Below, piece after piece: positions 1 through 13,539 of a stretch of DNA of 56,207 nucleotides; position 1 is the stretch's first letter; each line of letters begins with the position of its first letter. A program made the translations under genes and the position numbers. The notes under the pieces are model-generated. The model ran no database searches. It was given only the letters and a program-made list of their open reading frames with translations, and had not been told where the DNA came from. The DNA comes from Octopus sinensis (Eukaryota): positions 1-56,207 of the forward strand of contig NW_021833780.1 of NCBI RefSeq assembly GCF_006345805.1, in the 5' to 3' direction.

Positions 1-487
1 AATTTGGTCTTTCATTCATGACGGGTCCTCCTGCTTGTGTGACATGGTACAGAGTCCAGTTGCCAGACATAGGGTCTTCAAGCAGCCACCCTCTTGACCC
101 AGGACAGCACTACCTCCTCCAGGCACTTGATATAGGCATCTGTGTTGAGTCTGAGGATGTGTAGGAAGATGACTGGAGGCATAACGTCGCCATTACTAGT
201 GATCACTCCAAACACCGTGATGTTGACTGGATGTTTGCTTTTCATCACTCTCGGTACATGTCCTCAGATTGATACCCAAACACTCTGAAATGTTTGTATT
301 TAAGTTTCCGGCGCGAATGCCAAGTAGTACAGTATGTAGTTTCCAAATTTCTGGCAAAGTGAATTGCGTCATGGTGCTGCTTTTCTTACAGACGGTACCC
401 GACGGACCCTTCTATAGTGTGTAGTCGACAAAATCCAAAACAAACACGGCAAATATAAAACGGCGGCAATTTACCCATCGCACCCTG
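1..487 (-). mobile_element. Tc1/mariner DD37D (maT-like) non-autonomous relic, cut by the window edge
   Basis: Minus strand begins CAGGGTGCGATGGGTAAATTGCCGCCGTTTTAT, the same TIR as the copy at 8435. Bases 1-258 translate to VPRVMKSKHPVNITVFGVITSNGDVMPP...YIKCLEEVVLSWVKRV..RPYVWQLDSVPCH with an internal stop. Confidence 0.8.
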
Positions 488-584
488 CACACACACACAC
501 ACACACATATATACCCATATGTATATTATCTTTTACATGTTTCAGTCATTAGACGGCGGCCAGGCTTTACGTTAAGAGATAATA

Positions 585-1010
585 ATAATATTGGTTTCAA
601 AGTTTGACACAAGGCCAGCAATTTTGGCGGAGGGGTAAGACGATTACATCGACTCCGGTGGTCAAGTAACACTTATTTTATCGACGGATGAAAGGCGAAG
701 TTGATCTCGACGGAATTTGAACTCTGAACATAACGACAGGCGAAATGCCGCTCAGCCTTTTGCTCGGCGTGATAACGACCCTGCCTCAGTGATGATAATA
801 ATATCAAATATTGATGATAATAATATTTAAAATAACAATTGTTGTTATTATTATTATCAATAGTAGTCTGAGTTGAAACACAGCCGGGGTCGACTTTGCC
901 TTCCATCCTTTCGGGGTCGATAAATTAAGTACCAGTCATGTACTGGGGTCGGTGGTAACGACGTATCCCCTCCTCGAAATTGCTGACCTTGTGGCAAGAT
1001 TTGAAATCAT
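585..1010. mobile_element. Two SINE family-1 copies in opposite orientation (about 585-790 minus, 870-1010 plus)
   Basis: Family core GTCGACTTTGCCTTTCATCCTTTCGGGGTCGATAAATTAAGTACC occurs on both strands and recurs more than 15 times in the window. Confidence 0.75.
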
Positions 1011-1017
1011 TAACTGT

Positions 1018-1090
1018 AGTAGTAGTAGTAGTGGTGGTGGTGGTGGTGGTGGTGGTGGTGGTGGTGGTGGTTGTGGCGGCGGCGGCGGCG

Positions 1091-1127
<37 letters not shown>

Positions 1128-1131
1128 TAGT
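1018..1131. repeat. Compound trinucleotide microsatellite (AGT)n(GGT)n(GGC)n(AGT)n
   Basis: Seen directly. Confidence 0.95.
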
Positions 1132-2495
1132 AGGTTTCTGTTAGCGTTACTACTACTTTTCTGTTGCGTTCCTGAATTTAGGAATAGAATTAGACCTTGA
1201 AAGGGTATCTGGCAAGTTTGTCAGGTTTTTGAAGGAGTCAAAATACCTCAAAGAGTACCGGAAAACACGCCTAGGATTTCACAAGTGCACTAAAGACAGA
1301 GAGAGAGGGGGGAGGAAGAGGAGGGTCACCTTGTCGAGTCGTGTGTAAAGTGATAGCATGAGACGGCAGATTCTCCGTTTACTCCCTATCATACTTCCTT
1401 CCCTGGCACCACCAAACATCAAACTAGCTAGATTTACACACACACACACACACACACATACACACACACACACATTATGAAGTGTTCATTTCAGACGAGC
1501 CATCACCCAACATTATCATCAACACATCCATCAACAAATCCTTTACAGTATCACAGTGACTATACCTCAGATATTTACCCACCAATATGGCTTTCTTTCT
1601 CATGTCGTCTGCTGCCTTGTTTTCACTGATATTTTTTATAATATTCCCACACTGACTCGTGTTTCTACAATGTATTGATCCGTATAGTTTCAATTCCTTT
1701 CATGTTCCTTCAGATATATCTTTCCTTGGGGTGCAGAATAGAGATTTAGTGTAGCTAGCAGAGATTTAAATGTTAGAGAAAAGGGATCATTGAAAGATCG
1801 GTGGTTAAACAGTTATGTAGGTAAAAATGAAGATTTAGTTAGCTAGACAGAAAGTGCGGATTGGTTGGTATACAGACAGTTATAGATAATGTATGCAGAT
1901 TGACATATAAATTAGGATCTAGTCTTTTTCATTCGCATAATGAATCCCCTTTAATTTTGCTCAGATTGCTTTGAATTTTGGTGTATCGATGCATCTCTGA
2001 AAATTTGATAACGATCAACCAATTACTTTATCTCGTAAATTGAAGAATCTGATGTTATTTGTAATTAAAGTTGGGAAATTTAGGTAATTTTAGCCAATCA
2101 ACAGACAGCGAGGCATTAACAATTTGTTACCGTGACAACTGCACGTTGTATTGTGTTTCACTTCACCCGCATGTTGTGTTGATTCTTCACACCACGAGAT
2201 TTACTTCCCCTGCGTGTTTTGTTTTAATAAAAATTTATATTTATCAATTAGAATTTTATTATAGATATTTTTCGTCAATTGTCTTAATATTTTATATATT
2301 TTTCATATATAGCAAAAGTTGTTTGCGAGGTTTATACAGTTTTTTGGCATTATGAAGGTGAATATAAGACAGGTATTCCTTTTCTTGGGACAAAATCTTT
2401 GTTGACCAGTGCTATTCTTATTGTAGTTTACAAATCCAAACATGAAACCGTTACAGAACTTTGAAATTTTGGAGACTAACGTCCCTTTTCACACT

Positions 2496-2798
<303 letters not shown>

Positions 2799-3302
2799 TG
2801 GATTTATGCAGGATCAAAGTTGGGACATACAAGGAAGGCGAACGAAAACATGGAGGGTCGTTAGACCAGAACGAGGGTAAAATAGCGAACGCTAGAGAAA
2901 TGTTTTCTTTGAAAAGAGAAAAGATAGAGGAGAGAGATAGAAGACGTCCAGTCGTTTGGACGTCCTGGAGGAAAAGAAAGATGGATAATGGTCACATGTG
3001 AGCAACGAGAGAGAGAGAGACATAAAGAGAAAGAGGAAGAAAAAAGAAAGACAGTGAAGAGGAGAAAAGGGAATTAGAGAAGAATGGGGGAGAAAACAGT
3101 ATAGAGTCGTATCAAAAAGATTAAGATAAACTTAGTTGGAAATGGATGCATGGCGCATATAGGTATATGCATATGTGTGCGTCTGTGTGTGTGTGTGTGT
3201 GTGTGTTTGTGTTTGTGTGTGTGTGTGTGCGTGCGCGTGTGTGTGTGTGTATGTGTGTGTGAAGGGTTGTTAAACCAGCTATTTCACTATTTTATTCTTA
3301 TA

Positions 3303-3430
<128 letters not shown>

Positions 3431-4524
3431 TTGGACAAATAGTGTAAGTAGATTAGTGTATTTAAATGTTAAGTAGACCACCGGCACAGTTTATGACAGC
3501 CAAACTCCTTAGGTCATTTTATCTACACGGGAACGCAAGATCTCCACGTTCATATTTGAATGTTTTGCGTTTCTAAATTATTTGCTTTTATTCATTTCCT
3601 AACTATACTTAGAGAGGCAGATACGTACATGTAGAGTTAGATATACTTATATGAAATACAAACTATACAGTACCTAATAAGAAATAAAGCAAAATCTGTT
3701 TCTCAATAGTGTCATCTCGACACCTTTTTCGAGAGCGTCATGGCTTATTCCGTAATCACATCCATCGATAATAAAAATCTATGATGTTGCAGGTCCATGT
3801 TATAAAGAAAAGTTCCTCTGAATCCATAAGCGAAAATAGGTCACTCTCATCGGAAGGAAATGGGAAATGCGTTCTCGGCTCCCTTTTCCCCTCACCGGGT
3901 TGGAATCGCTACCAGAGTTTAATATTGACTTATTCATCTTTGGCGTAGGATTCAAATCTTAATTAGCTGTATTACTTTTTAGAAATATGTTTAGCTGTAC
4001 AGTTTGTATTGAGTGCCAAATTATATTTGGACACACAATTAAAGCTCATATGTTATATAAATTCAGACACAAACACATACGCACCAACACACACAGAAAA
4101 CACACAAACACATACACATACGCACGCATATTGTTATCGATACTGGTATTGTTGCCATTTGCCGTTGTCACAGATCTCATTTTACATATATTTTTTCCCT
4201 CTTCTATTGAAGTCTTCATTACAATCTTTGAATGATGCTCAACAAAGTCTATTCAAATGACAATGGCTTCTCCTATTAACGCGGGTCCCAAGTGTATTGA
4301 ATAAGGAGGAAGATATAAACACACGCAGATACGCACGAGCATGCGCGCACACATACACATATATACACGTATATATGTATATATATATATATGTATGTGC
4401 GTGTGTTTGTTTATACGTGTAAATACAAATATATATATTTGTAAACAAGTATACATGTAATTATACATAGATATGCGTATACACACATATCCATATATAG
4501 AATATATATATATACGTGTATATA

Positions 4525-5783
4525 CAGGGGTTGAACAAAATAATGGAAACATCTAGTATCATAGCATCATAATTTTGAAATATCTATAAAACCGTCAAAA
4601 GCTCGTTTATTTTTATGCATTTGATTTATTATTTTGCTAAAATTGCTCTTTCTTTTGAGATATCATGAGAAAAGGTAATTAAAATTCATTAAAATGACAG
4701 ATCTATCGGACTTTCAAAGAGGTCAAATTATTGGTGCTCGTATGGCAGGCGCTAGCGTAACGAAAACAGCCGAAATGTTTGGTGTATCAAGAGGTACAAT
4801 CTCGAAAGTAATGACAACCTTTGAGAAAGCGGTAAAAAAGCCTCCTCGTCAAAAACAAAACTCCGGAAGAAAGCCAAAATATTCATGTAGGGACCGTCAG
4901 ACTCTTACGCGAATTGTTAGAAAGTATCATAAAAGTACAGCTCCCAAAATTACTGCAGAGCTTAATGACCACCTCAACAACCCAGTTTCCACAAAAGCTG
5001 TTCGCCGGGAGCTGCACAAAACCGAATTTCACATGAGGGCTGCAATCAGAAAACCACTACTTTCAAAAACAAACGTTGCAATGCGTTTAGTTTGGAGTAA
5101 AACACCTACAAAATTGGTCCTAGAGCAGTGGAAGAATGTTATTTTCTCGGAAAAGTCATCCTTTACTTGATTTCCGACTACCGACCGAATATATGTGTGG
5201 AGACAGCCAAAAGAAGCATTTGACCCAATTTGTCTTCTTCCAACTGTTAAACACGGAGGAGGATCTGTGATGATCTGGGGGGGGGGGTATATCTTGGAAA
5301 TCTGCTGGCCCAATGGTTTCCCTTCATAGCAGAATTAATAGTCAAGATTATTTAAGCATTTTATCATATTCAATTCATCCTATGGTTGCGGAACTGTTTC
5401 CGGAGGGAAGCAGAATCTTTCAGAATGATAATGCACCAATTCACCAGCTAAAATTCTTACTGAGCGGCTCGAGGAACATTCTAGTGAAATTGAACATCTT
5501 ATCTGGCCACCACAGTCCTCGGGGTCAATATTATTGAACATTTATGGTGCATTTTAGAATAACAAATAAGGAGTCGATATCTTCCACCATCATCACTACA
5601 AGAACTGGAGACTGTTTTAGCTGAAGAATGGATAAAAATTCCTTCGGAAACAATTCAAACTTTGTACGAGTCCATACCTCGTATAATTCAAGCTGCAATT
5701 ACTGCCAAAGGCAGTCCTTACCCCATATTGAAATGAATTTGTTTGAAATTTTAAGGTGTTTCTATTATTTTGCCCAACCCCTG
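4525..5783 (+). mobile_element. Full-length decayed Tc1-family DNA transposon
   Basis: 27-bp TIRs CAGGGGTTGAACAAAATAATGGAAACA (4525-4551) and TGTTTCTATTATTTTGCCCAACCCCTG (5757-5783) with 3 mismatches. TA lies on both sides, and a transposase relic lies inside. Confidence 0.95.
4694..5731 (+). pseudogene. Tc1 (DD34E-type) transposase pseudogene
   Basis: Paired-like HTH (MTDLSDFQRGQIIGAR...GVSRGTISKV), then WKNVIFS, PTVKHGGGSVMIWG, IFQNDNAPIH, WPPQS and IEHLW. It has a stop at 5168-5170 and several frameshifts. Confidence 0.92.
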
Positions 5784-5821
<38 letters not shown>

Positions 5822-5951
5822 TATATTCATAAGACATATAATATATATACATATAATACAGGGTTTTCGAAAGAATAGTTGATGTTCTATGTACTCGTAC
5901 TTCGTATTTTTTTGTTGTACACGTTTCCTGCCCACATATCCATATATATAT

Positions 5952-6010
<59 letters not shown>

Positions 6011-6029
6011 GTAGTATGTATGTATTATG

Positions 6030-6064
<35 letters not shown>

Positions 6065-6161
6065 ACGGGAAGCTTTATGAAAATAAACAAAAGACAAAGG
6101 CAGGTGGAAAACAAACGAACAATTGTATTAGTATGGCGCTCAGGAAATATTTAAATAAAAG

Positions 6162-6199
6162 TCTTTAACGTTTCGAGCCTACGCTCTTCAACAGAAAGA
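6162..6199 (-). ncRNA. Minimal type I hammerhead-like motif with variant core CUGUUGA
   Basis: UCUUU-CUGUUGA-A-GAGC(GUAG)GCUC-GAAA-CG-UU-AAAGA. Stems I and II pair and helix III is reduced to palindromic ACGU. Confidence 0.6.
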
Positions 6200-7021
6200 T
6201 ACACAGAGAGAGAAAAACACAGAAAGAAGGAGAGAAAAAATGCGTGCAGTAGCTAACGAATCAACATGGCGATCTGATTTCGGCCGAGGTCAAAGATCAA
6301 ACATGAGACGCGAGAGCGAAATAAGGGGATAATAGGGTTGATAAATGGGTTGAGGGACCAGCTAAAAGTGCGTGGGAGGGGTCTGGATGTGTGTTGTATA
6401 GGGTTGGTGTATGTATTAGTATGTATAAGGTGTGTGTGTGTGTGTGTGTGTATGAAGAGTATTAGTGCGTAGATTGGTCTGGACGTGCGTATGTATGGGG
6501 TTGGGTGTGTATTAGTATGTATTAGTATGTATTAGTACGTATTGGTATGTATAGGTATGTGTGGTGTGTGGTGAGAGAGTAAAGTGCGTATGCGGGGTCT
6601 GGACATGTGTATGTATAGGGTTGGTGTAAGTATTAGTATGTACTAGTATGTATTAGCGTATTAGTATGTATTCGTTGGTGTAGTATTAGTATGGCACATC
6701 ATATGTGATGTGATGTGTAAAGTCATGTGGTGTAGTGAGGAGAAGAGGGGGAGGGGAGAAGAGGGGAGAAGAGGGGGAGAGAAGGGAGGGAAGAAGAGGG
6801 GGAGGAGAAGGGGGAAGAGGAGAGATGGGGGATAAGGAGGGTAGGAGGGGGAATGAAGGAGAAAGAGGGAGAGGGGGAGAGAGGGATTGAGGGAGCAGGG
6901 GAGGGGAAGAGGGAGGGAAAGAGGGAAGAAGGAAGGGGAGTAGGTGAAAGGATGAAAGGATGAAGGACTGAAGAAGTAGGGTCGGGGGGAGAAAGGATAG
7001 GTGAGGAGGGGGAGAGGGGAG

Positions 7022-7250
7022 TTAGATGAGGAGGGGGGGAGGGTTGAGACCAAATGGCGTATAAGAGCGAAGAGAGAAGATTAATTCCTGTTCACGGCGC
7101 AACGGGAATCCGGATGGCCTCTGTGTAAGGACAAACCGAACACAGATAGGTGTTGCAAGGAGTGACCGGTGGAGCGGAAATGGCGTGAGACCGGTGTGTC
7201 GTTCGCAAGGTGGATGTCACGAAGGTGTTCCGCGAACCGGTCAGCCATAC
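7022..7250 (-). pseudogene. GIY-YIG endonuclease C-terminal fragment of a Penelope-like element
   Basis: RFxEH, PVxRHF and LIFxLxxxxPxGLN motifs, frameshifted. Confidence 0.75.
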
Positions 7251-7981
7251 AGGTATGTTGGTGCAAACAGGGAAAATAGGACTCAAAATGTGAGTATAAG
7301 TATATTTATAATAATATTGAGCAGAAGTAACAGAGTGACTCAAAATCGAAGAGTTTCGTGCGTTGGTACTTATAAAACTGGTTGCAGGTCGAAGACCTGT
7401 GATTTCATATAGCTGGCGATAGATATATTTCCCAGTGGATTGTTCTAGATATAACGATGCAATCATAATAATATCACGTGGATCACTCAAATATGTTTGC
7501 CCGTTATGTCATTCGATAAGCAAATTCATAGATAAATATAGAAATAAATAAAAAGAGAAAACAACAAAGAAAAACCACCTCGTGCGAGTCATCACACAGG
7601 CATATACACACTCACATGCACATACACAAACACACACACACCCACTCACACACACACATATACACTCATGCACTTACATACGTATTCATACACACATATA
7701 TATATATACACACACACATACGTACATATACATATATTTATATACACATATATACACTCATACCTACATATGCACATATATATGTACATAAATATACTTG
7801 CTTCTACGCATATATATATATATATATATATAGTATATATATCTATATATATATATATATATAATATATTATATAATATGTATATACACGCGCGGTAATA
7901 CACTAAAGTAGAGAATTAAAAATTCAGTATAAAATAAAGAATAAACACACAACAACAACAACAACAACAACTAATAAATAA

Positions 7982-8010
<29 letters not shown>

Positions 8011-8012
<2 letters not shown>

Positions 8013-8385
8013 GGAGCACTTAGAGAGCGCAAACCCCTGCTAAGGCAACACCAGCGCCCTCTCAACGATTAGCCAGAAATGATTTTTAGAATGAGAATAT
8101 CTGAAATAAACTCGACTGCTCCCACAACCGAGAATACTAAAAATGAACCCGATCGCTCACAAAAATTAAGTAAAAAAAAAAAAAACAACAAGAAAAATAA
8201 TCCAGAATTCTTGTCCGGTACCGGGTCGATCCCAAAATCTAATCATTTCGTGCCAGTCAAGAGGCCAAACATCCCTGTAATTTCATTCGAATTCATCCAG
8301 CGGTTCTTAAGATATCTTGTCCACAGACAAACAAACAAACACGATTAAAAAACAATACCTCCGCCTTCGCTAAAGCGGAGGTAAT
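8011..8385 (+). mobile_element. HINE/DINE-1-like (Helentron-associated) non-autonomous element
   Basis: 3' hairpin TACCTCCGC/GCGGAGGTA (8356-8383) is preceded by ACAGACAAACAAAC repeats. A degenerate copy of the subterminal motif lies near 8031, and the flanks are A/T-rich. Confidence 0.6.
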
Positions 8386-8434
8386 AAATATAAAATGTTC
8401 CTTCTTTTCTTTTCCTTTCTCCTTGCAATATTTA

Positions 8435-9194
8435 CAGGGTACGATGGTTAAATTGCTGCCATTTTATATTTTTAATTTCGCCCATGCGCATTGTTTGTTT
8501 TTGATTTTGTCGACTACACAGTATGGTTGGGTCGGTGGGGCACCGTCTGTGTGAAAAATTGCACCCTGACGCAATTCAGTCTAGCAGAAATTTGGAAACT
8601 ACATGCTGTACTGCTTGGCATTCGCGCCGGAAGCTCCAATACGAACATTTCAGAGTGTTTGGGTGTCGACCTGAGGACAGTAAAAACTGAGGAGATGTAC
8701 CGAGAGTGATAAGAGTCAAACATTCAGTCAGCATCATGGTGTTTGTAGTGATCTCTAATGATGCCGACGTTATGCCGCCATTCATCTTCCCACATTGCTT
8801 CAGACTTAACACGGAGGCCTACATCAAGTGCCTGAAAGGGGTAGGCCCTATGTCTAGCAACAGGACTCTGCACTATGCTACACTAGCAGGAGAACCCAGT
8901 CATGGTTGTCAGACAATTTCTGCGACTACATAACCCTTAACATCTGGCCACCCAACTCCCTAGACTGCAACTCCGTTGATTATTATGTGTGGAGCGCAAT
9001 TGAGCGAGAGACCAAGAAAACTCTTTGAAACACAAAAGATGAACTGAAGGCAAGGATTATGGCAACATTCACCAACTTAAACAAGAAGAACGTCCAGAAG
9101 AGTTGCAGGAGATTCCGAATCCTTCTGGAGGTCGTGGTTGAATAAATTTATTCTTTAGTATTTCAAGATATTTTTATGTATTTTTGGGTAAATA
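8435..9194 (+). mobile_element. Tc1/mariner DD37D (maT-like) internally deleted element
   Basis: TA followed by TIR CAGGGTACGATGGTTAAATTGC. It translates QDSALCY...WPPNSLDCNSVDYYVW with 37 residues between the last two catalytic Asp. Same family as 1-487. Confidence 0.85.
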
Positions 9195-9196
9195 TA

Positions 9197-9894
9197 CGTG
9201 GTCTGATCAATAAGTATCAGGAATGATGCCATAGTAACGAAGCTAAAGCACGCAGAGTAAAGCTGCTTGGCACAGGTTAACCTTAAACTCTGTTGTGCAA
9301 GCGCAGTAAGTCTTAACGTTCTAGCTCAATTCCGCTGTTTACAGAAATGCCTGGAAAGAAGGTGTGTAGCGTGTGGTCGTCGCATTGACCATGACAGAGA
9401 AAGTTGAGCAGAGAATCAGCATCAGATTTTGCCAGAAGCTTGGCGAGACCTGCTCAGAGGTGCGCAAAGTTTTCAAAGAGTGTTAATCATTCTAGACACA
9501 ATCAAGAAGATCTTGCGCAATTGAAACCCGAGTATGTTTGTGGTCAGCTTAAAACGACTTTGGCACAAACTTGGTAAACACGTGTCTCATACCCAAATCT
9601 TCAGTCGTAATGGACTGAACTGAATCATAACTAATCTGCATATTCTTTGATAACTCACAGATGGTGATTCGACGATTTACCCTCACAGCTGCACTCACAT
9701 CTGAGATATTTTTCTCAGTTCTGCTGGTTGCGGGTCTCCCAGAACTTTCGCCAATATTGACATTTTTGGGGTCATCTGGGAAACGTCTGAAACACTCGTA
9801 CATTTCTCTGCGGCTCATACACTCCTCTCCATACACTTTCTGCAACTTTGCGTAGGCCTCTGAGCAGGTATCGCCATGACAACTTTCTCTGTCA
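9197..9894. mobile_element. Rearranged mariner-like relic
   Basis: TA followed by a CGTGGTCTGATCAATAAGT terminus. The plus strand gives MTEKVEQRISIRFCQKLG at 9391, and the minus-strand ORF 9549-9845 is a mariner HTH (QKVYGEECMSR..SGRPATS..NRRITICEL..EDLGMRHVFTKFVPK). Confidence 0.8.
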
Positions 9895-9983
9895 GGGCAA
9901 GTGTTTTCTACTATAGCCTCGGTTCGACCAAAGCCTTGAGTTGATTTTGTACACGGAAACTGAAAGAAGCCCGTCGTGTATAA

Positions 9984-9985
<2 letters not shown>

Positions 9986-10027
<42 letters not shown>

Positions 10028-10242
10028 ATTTGTGTGTCTGCGTTTGTCCCCCACACCATCGCTTGACAACCGATGCCGGTGTGTAACTTAGCGGTTCGGC
10101 AAAAGAGAACGATAGAATAAGTGCTAGGTTTACATAGCATAAGTCCTGAGGTCGATTTGTTCGACTAAAGGCGATGCTCCAGCATGGCTGCAGTCAAATG
10201 TCTGAAACAAGTAAACGAATAATCAAATGAACGAAGAGACGA

Positions 10243-10282
<40 letters not shown>

Positions 10283-10771
10283 ACAAACACACACATTTAT
10301 ATATGTGTGAGAGGGAAGAAAAGAGAGAAAAGGGCTGAGAATGAAACAGAGTTAGAGGAAAACAACAAAAAGACAAAAAAAAAAAGGATACAAAGAAAGC
10401 AGGAATGGCCTTTCTTGCATGCATTTGAGAATGGTTGTCTTGAATGACCAGTCAGAAAAATCTTTGTTTTATTCGCTGAGAGTTTGAAAGAAATTGGAGA
10501 AGAGTTCATTTGTTCGGATATTTTGTTCCCATTGTTTCTGTTTCAATGCTAATTGCCTTACAGCAGTGTACGATATTTTTGAAAAAAAAAAAAAAAAAAA
10601 AACTTCTGAATACATGCATTCAAAGTGGAACATTGTTCTTTTATGGTTTTCTTCAGAATATAATCTGCTGAGCGATAGAGTTGCAGGAAAATGACAGAGT
10701 GAGGTAGAGAGAAAGGAAAGGATCGAGATTCATAGACAGACAGATAGACAGACAGACAGACAGACAGACAT

Positions 10772-10851
<80 letters not shown>

Positions 10852-11114
10852 CTGTAGATAGGAGACAGAGAAAATTTATATTTATCAATCAATCAATCTA
10901 TTTATCTATCTATATGCATCAAACTATATCAATCAATCTATCTATCAATCATTCTATCTATTTGTCTATCTATCCATATATATCAAACTATATCAAGCTA
11001 TTTATCTATCTATCTATCAATCTATCTATTTATCTATCTACCAAGCAATCTATCTACCTACCTACATACCTATATCTATCTATCTACCAAGCTACCTACA
11101 TACCTACCTACCTA

Positions 11115-11171
<57 letters not shown>

Positions 11172-11641
11172 GTCTGTCTATCTATCTATCAACCTATCTA
11201 TCTATCTATCTATCTATCTATCAACCTATCTATCTATCAGTCTATCTGTCTACTCGTCTGTCTAATTATTTATCCATCTATCTAATATTCTGACTATCTG
11301 ACAGCTTACTCATGCTCTCTCCATTTATCATTTAACAGCTTATTCACCTATGTGTGTATATATGCATGTGTTTGTGTGCACATGCGTATGTGTGTGTGTG
11401 TGTGGTGTGTGTGTGTGCGCGCGTGTATTTGTGTGTCTGCGTTTGTCCCCCACACCATCGCTTGACAACCGATGCCGGTGTGTAACTTAGCGGTTCGGCA
11501 AAAGAGAACGATAGAATAAGTGCTAGGTTTACATAGCATAAGTCCTGAGGTCGATTTGTTCGACTAAAGGCGATGCTCCAGCATGGCTGCAGTCAAATGT
11601 CTGAAACAAGTAAACGAATAATCAAATGAACGAAGAGACGA

Positions 11642-11691
<50 letters not shown>

Positions 11692-12179
11692 ACAAACACA
11701 CACATTTATATATGTGTGAGAGGGAAGAAAAGAGAGAAAAGGGCTGAGAATGAAACAGAGTTAGAGGAAAACAACAAAAAGACAAAAAAAATGGATACAA
11801 AGAAAGCAGGAATGGCCTTTCTTGCATGCATTTGAGAATGGTTGTCTTGAATGACCAGTCAGAAAAATCTTTGTTTTATTCGCTGAGAGTTTGAAAGAAA
11901 TTGGAGAAGAGTTCATTTGTTCGGATATTTTGTTCCCATTGTTCTGTTTCAATGCTAATTGCCTTACAGCAGTGTACGATATTTTTGAAAAAAAAAAAAA
12001 AAAAAAAAAACTTCTGAATACATGCATTCAAAGTGGAACATTGTTCTTTTATGGTTTTCTTCAGAATATAATCTGCTGAGCGATAGAGTTGCAGGAAAAT
12101 GACAGAGTGAGGTAGAGAGAAAGGAAAGGATCGAGATTCATAGACAGACAGATAGACAGACAGACAGACAGACAGACAT

Positions 12180-12259
<80 letters not shown>

Positions 12260-12536
12260 CTGTAGATAGGAGACAGAAAATTTATATCTATCAATCAATC
12301 AATCTATTTATCTATCTATATGCATCAAACTATATCAATCAATCTATCTATCAATCATTCTATCTATTTGTCTATCTATCCATATATATCAAACTATATC
12401 AAGCTATTTATCTATCTATCTATCTATCTATTTATCTATCTACCAAGCAATCTACCTACCTACCTACCTACCTACCTACCTACCTACCTATATCTATCTA
12501 TCTACCAAGCTACCTACCTACATACCTACCTACCTA

Positions 12537-12607
<71 letters not shown>

Positions 12608-12826
12608 CTATCAACCTATCTATCTATCTATCTATCTATCTATCAACCTATCTATCTATCAGTCTATCTGTCTACTCGTCTGTCTAATTATTTATCCATC
12701 TATCTAATATTCTGACTATCTGACAGCTTACTCATGCTCTCTCCATTTATCATTTAACAGCTTATTCACCTATGTGTGTATATATGCATGTGTTTGTGTG
12801 CACATGCGTATGTGTGTGTGTGTGTG
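9986..12826 (+). repeat. Near-identical ~1.4-kb tandem duplication (two units, junction ~11390-11415)
   Basis: Anchors at 10018/11417 and 11376/12798. The units differ mainly in homopolymer and microsatellite lengths, and the junctions lie in (TG)n. Confidence 0.95.
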
Positions 12827-13201
12827 CGTTTATGCACAAACTCTTGCACTTATATATTGCATCAACAAAAAAGTCCTCTGTCCAGTGACAAGTAAATATC
12901 AAATTAAATACACAACCAAAGGAGCTACTAACAGTTTCATGCTATTATGATACATGAACAGGCATTATAAAATGCGCCATGTATCTCCAAGCAATCTTTC
13001 AAGCTTTGTTTATGCGTTATATATATATATATATTTACAGAGTTAAGGAAAGGGGTAGACAATATCCGGGCTACATCTGTTTCATAAGGAGCAGAACCTT
13101 GGAAGTGGTAAATATCCAAGTGAGATGTACAACGCAGGCTACTCGTCAGGCCAAGAGTGTGTGTGAGTATATATATATATATCAATAATAATAATAATGA
13201 T

Positions 13202-13236
<35 letters not shown>

Positions 13237-13539
13237 TAGTAGTAGTAGTAGTAGCAGTAGTAGTAGTAGTAGTAGTAGTGAATATAATTCCAAACTTACA
13301 GGGAAAAATTCAATTTAGCAATTCTAAATCAAATTTCACAATATATAATGTATGTATATAATATAGAGATTTACTACTATTTACTATTTATTGTTTATGT
13401 ACTTTATTGATTTTTAGAATAAGGCTTTTATAGTATATTTATTTTTCTATATGGTATGAATAACGTCTTTCACTATTGAATTGCTTAATGGAGGTTTTTC
13501 TCTAAATTATATACACACAAACACGCACACACACACACA

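Larger units (their letters stand above)
6063..7262 (-). mobile_element. 5'-truncated Penelope-like element: GIY-YIG C-terminus, pyrimidine-rich 3' region and hammerhead-bearing terminal repeat (family A)
   Basis: Minus strand encodes DRFAEHLRDI..DTPVSRHF..GHS and, after a frameshift, ELIFSLRSYTPFGLN, typical of PLE GIY-YIG C-termini. Bases 6063-6410 are the reverse complement of 19807-20162, and the element ends in (TA)n. Confidence 0.8.

Noticed and set aside
1279-1693. Possible exons near 1330-1430 and 1495-1630
   Set aside because: Weak splice signals and no recognisable protein.
10914-12715. Duplicated YLSI-repeat ORFs
   Set aside because: (TATC)n translations.
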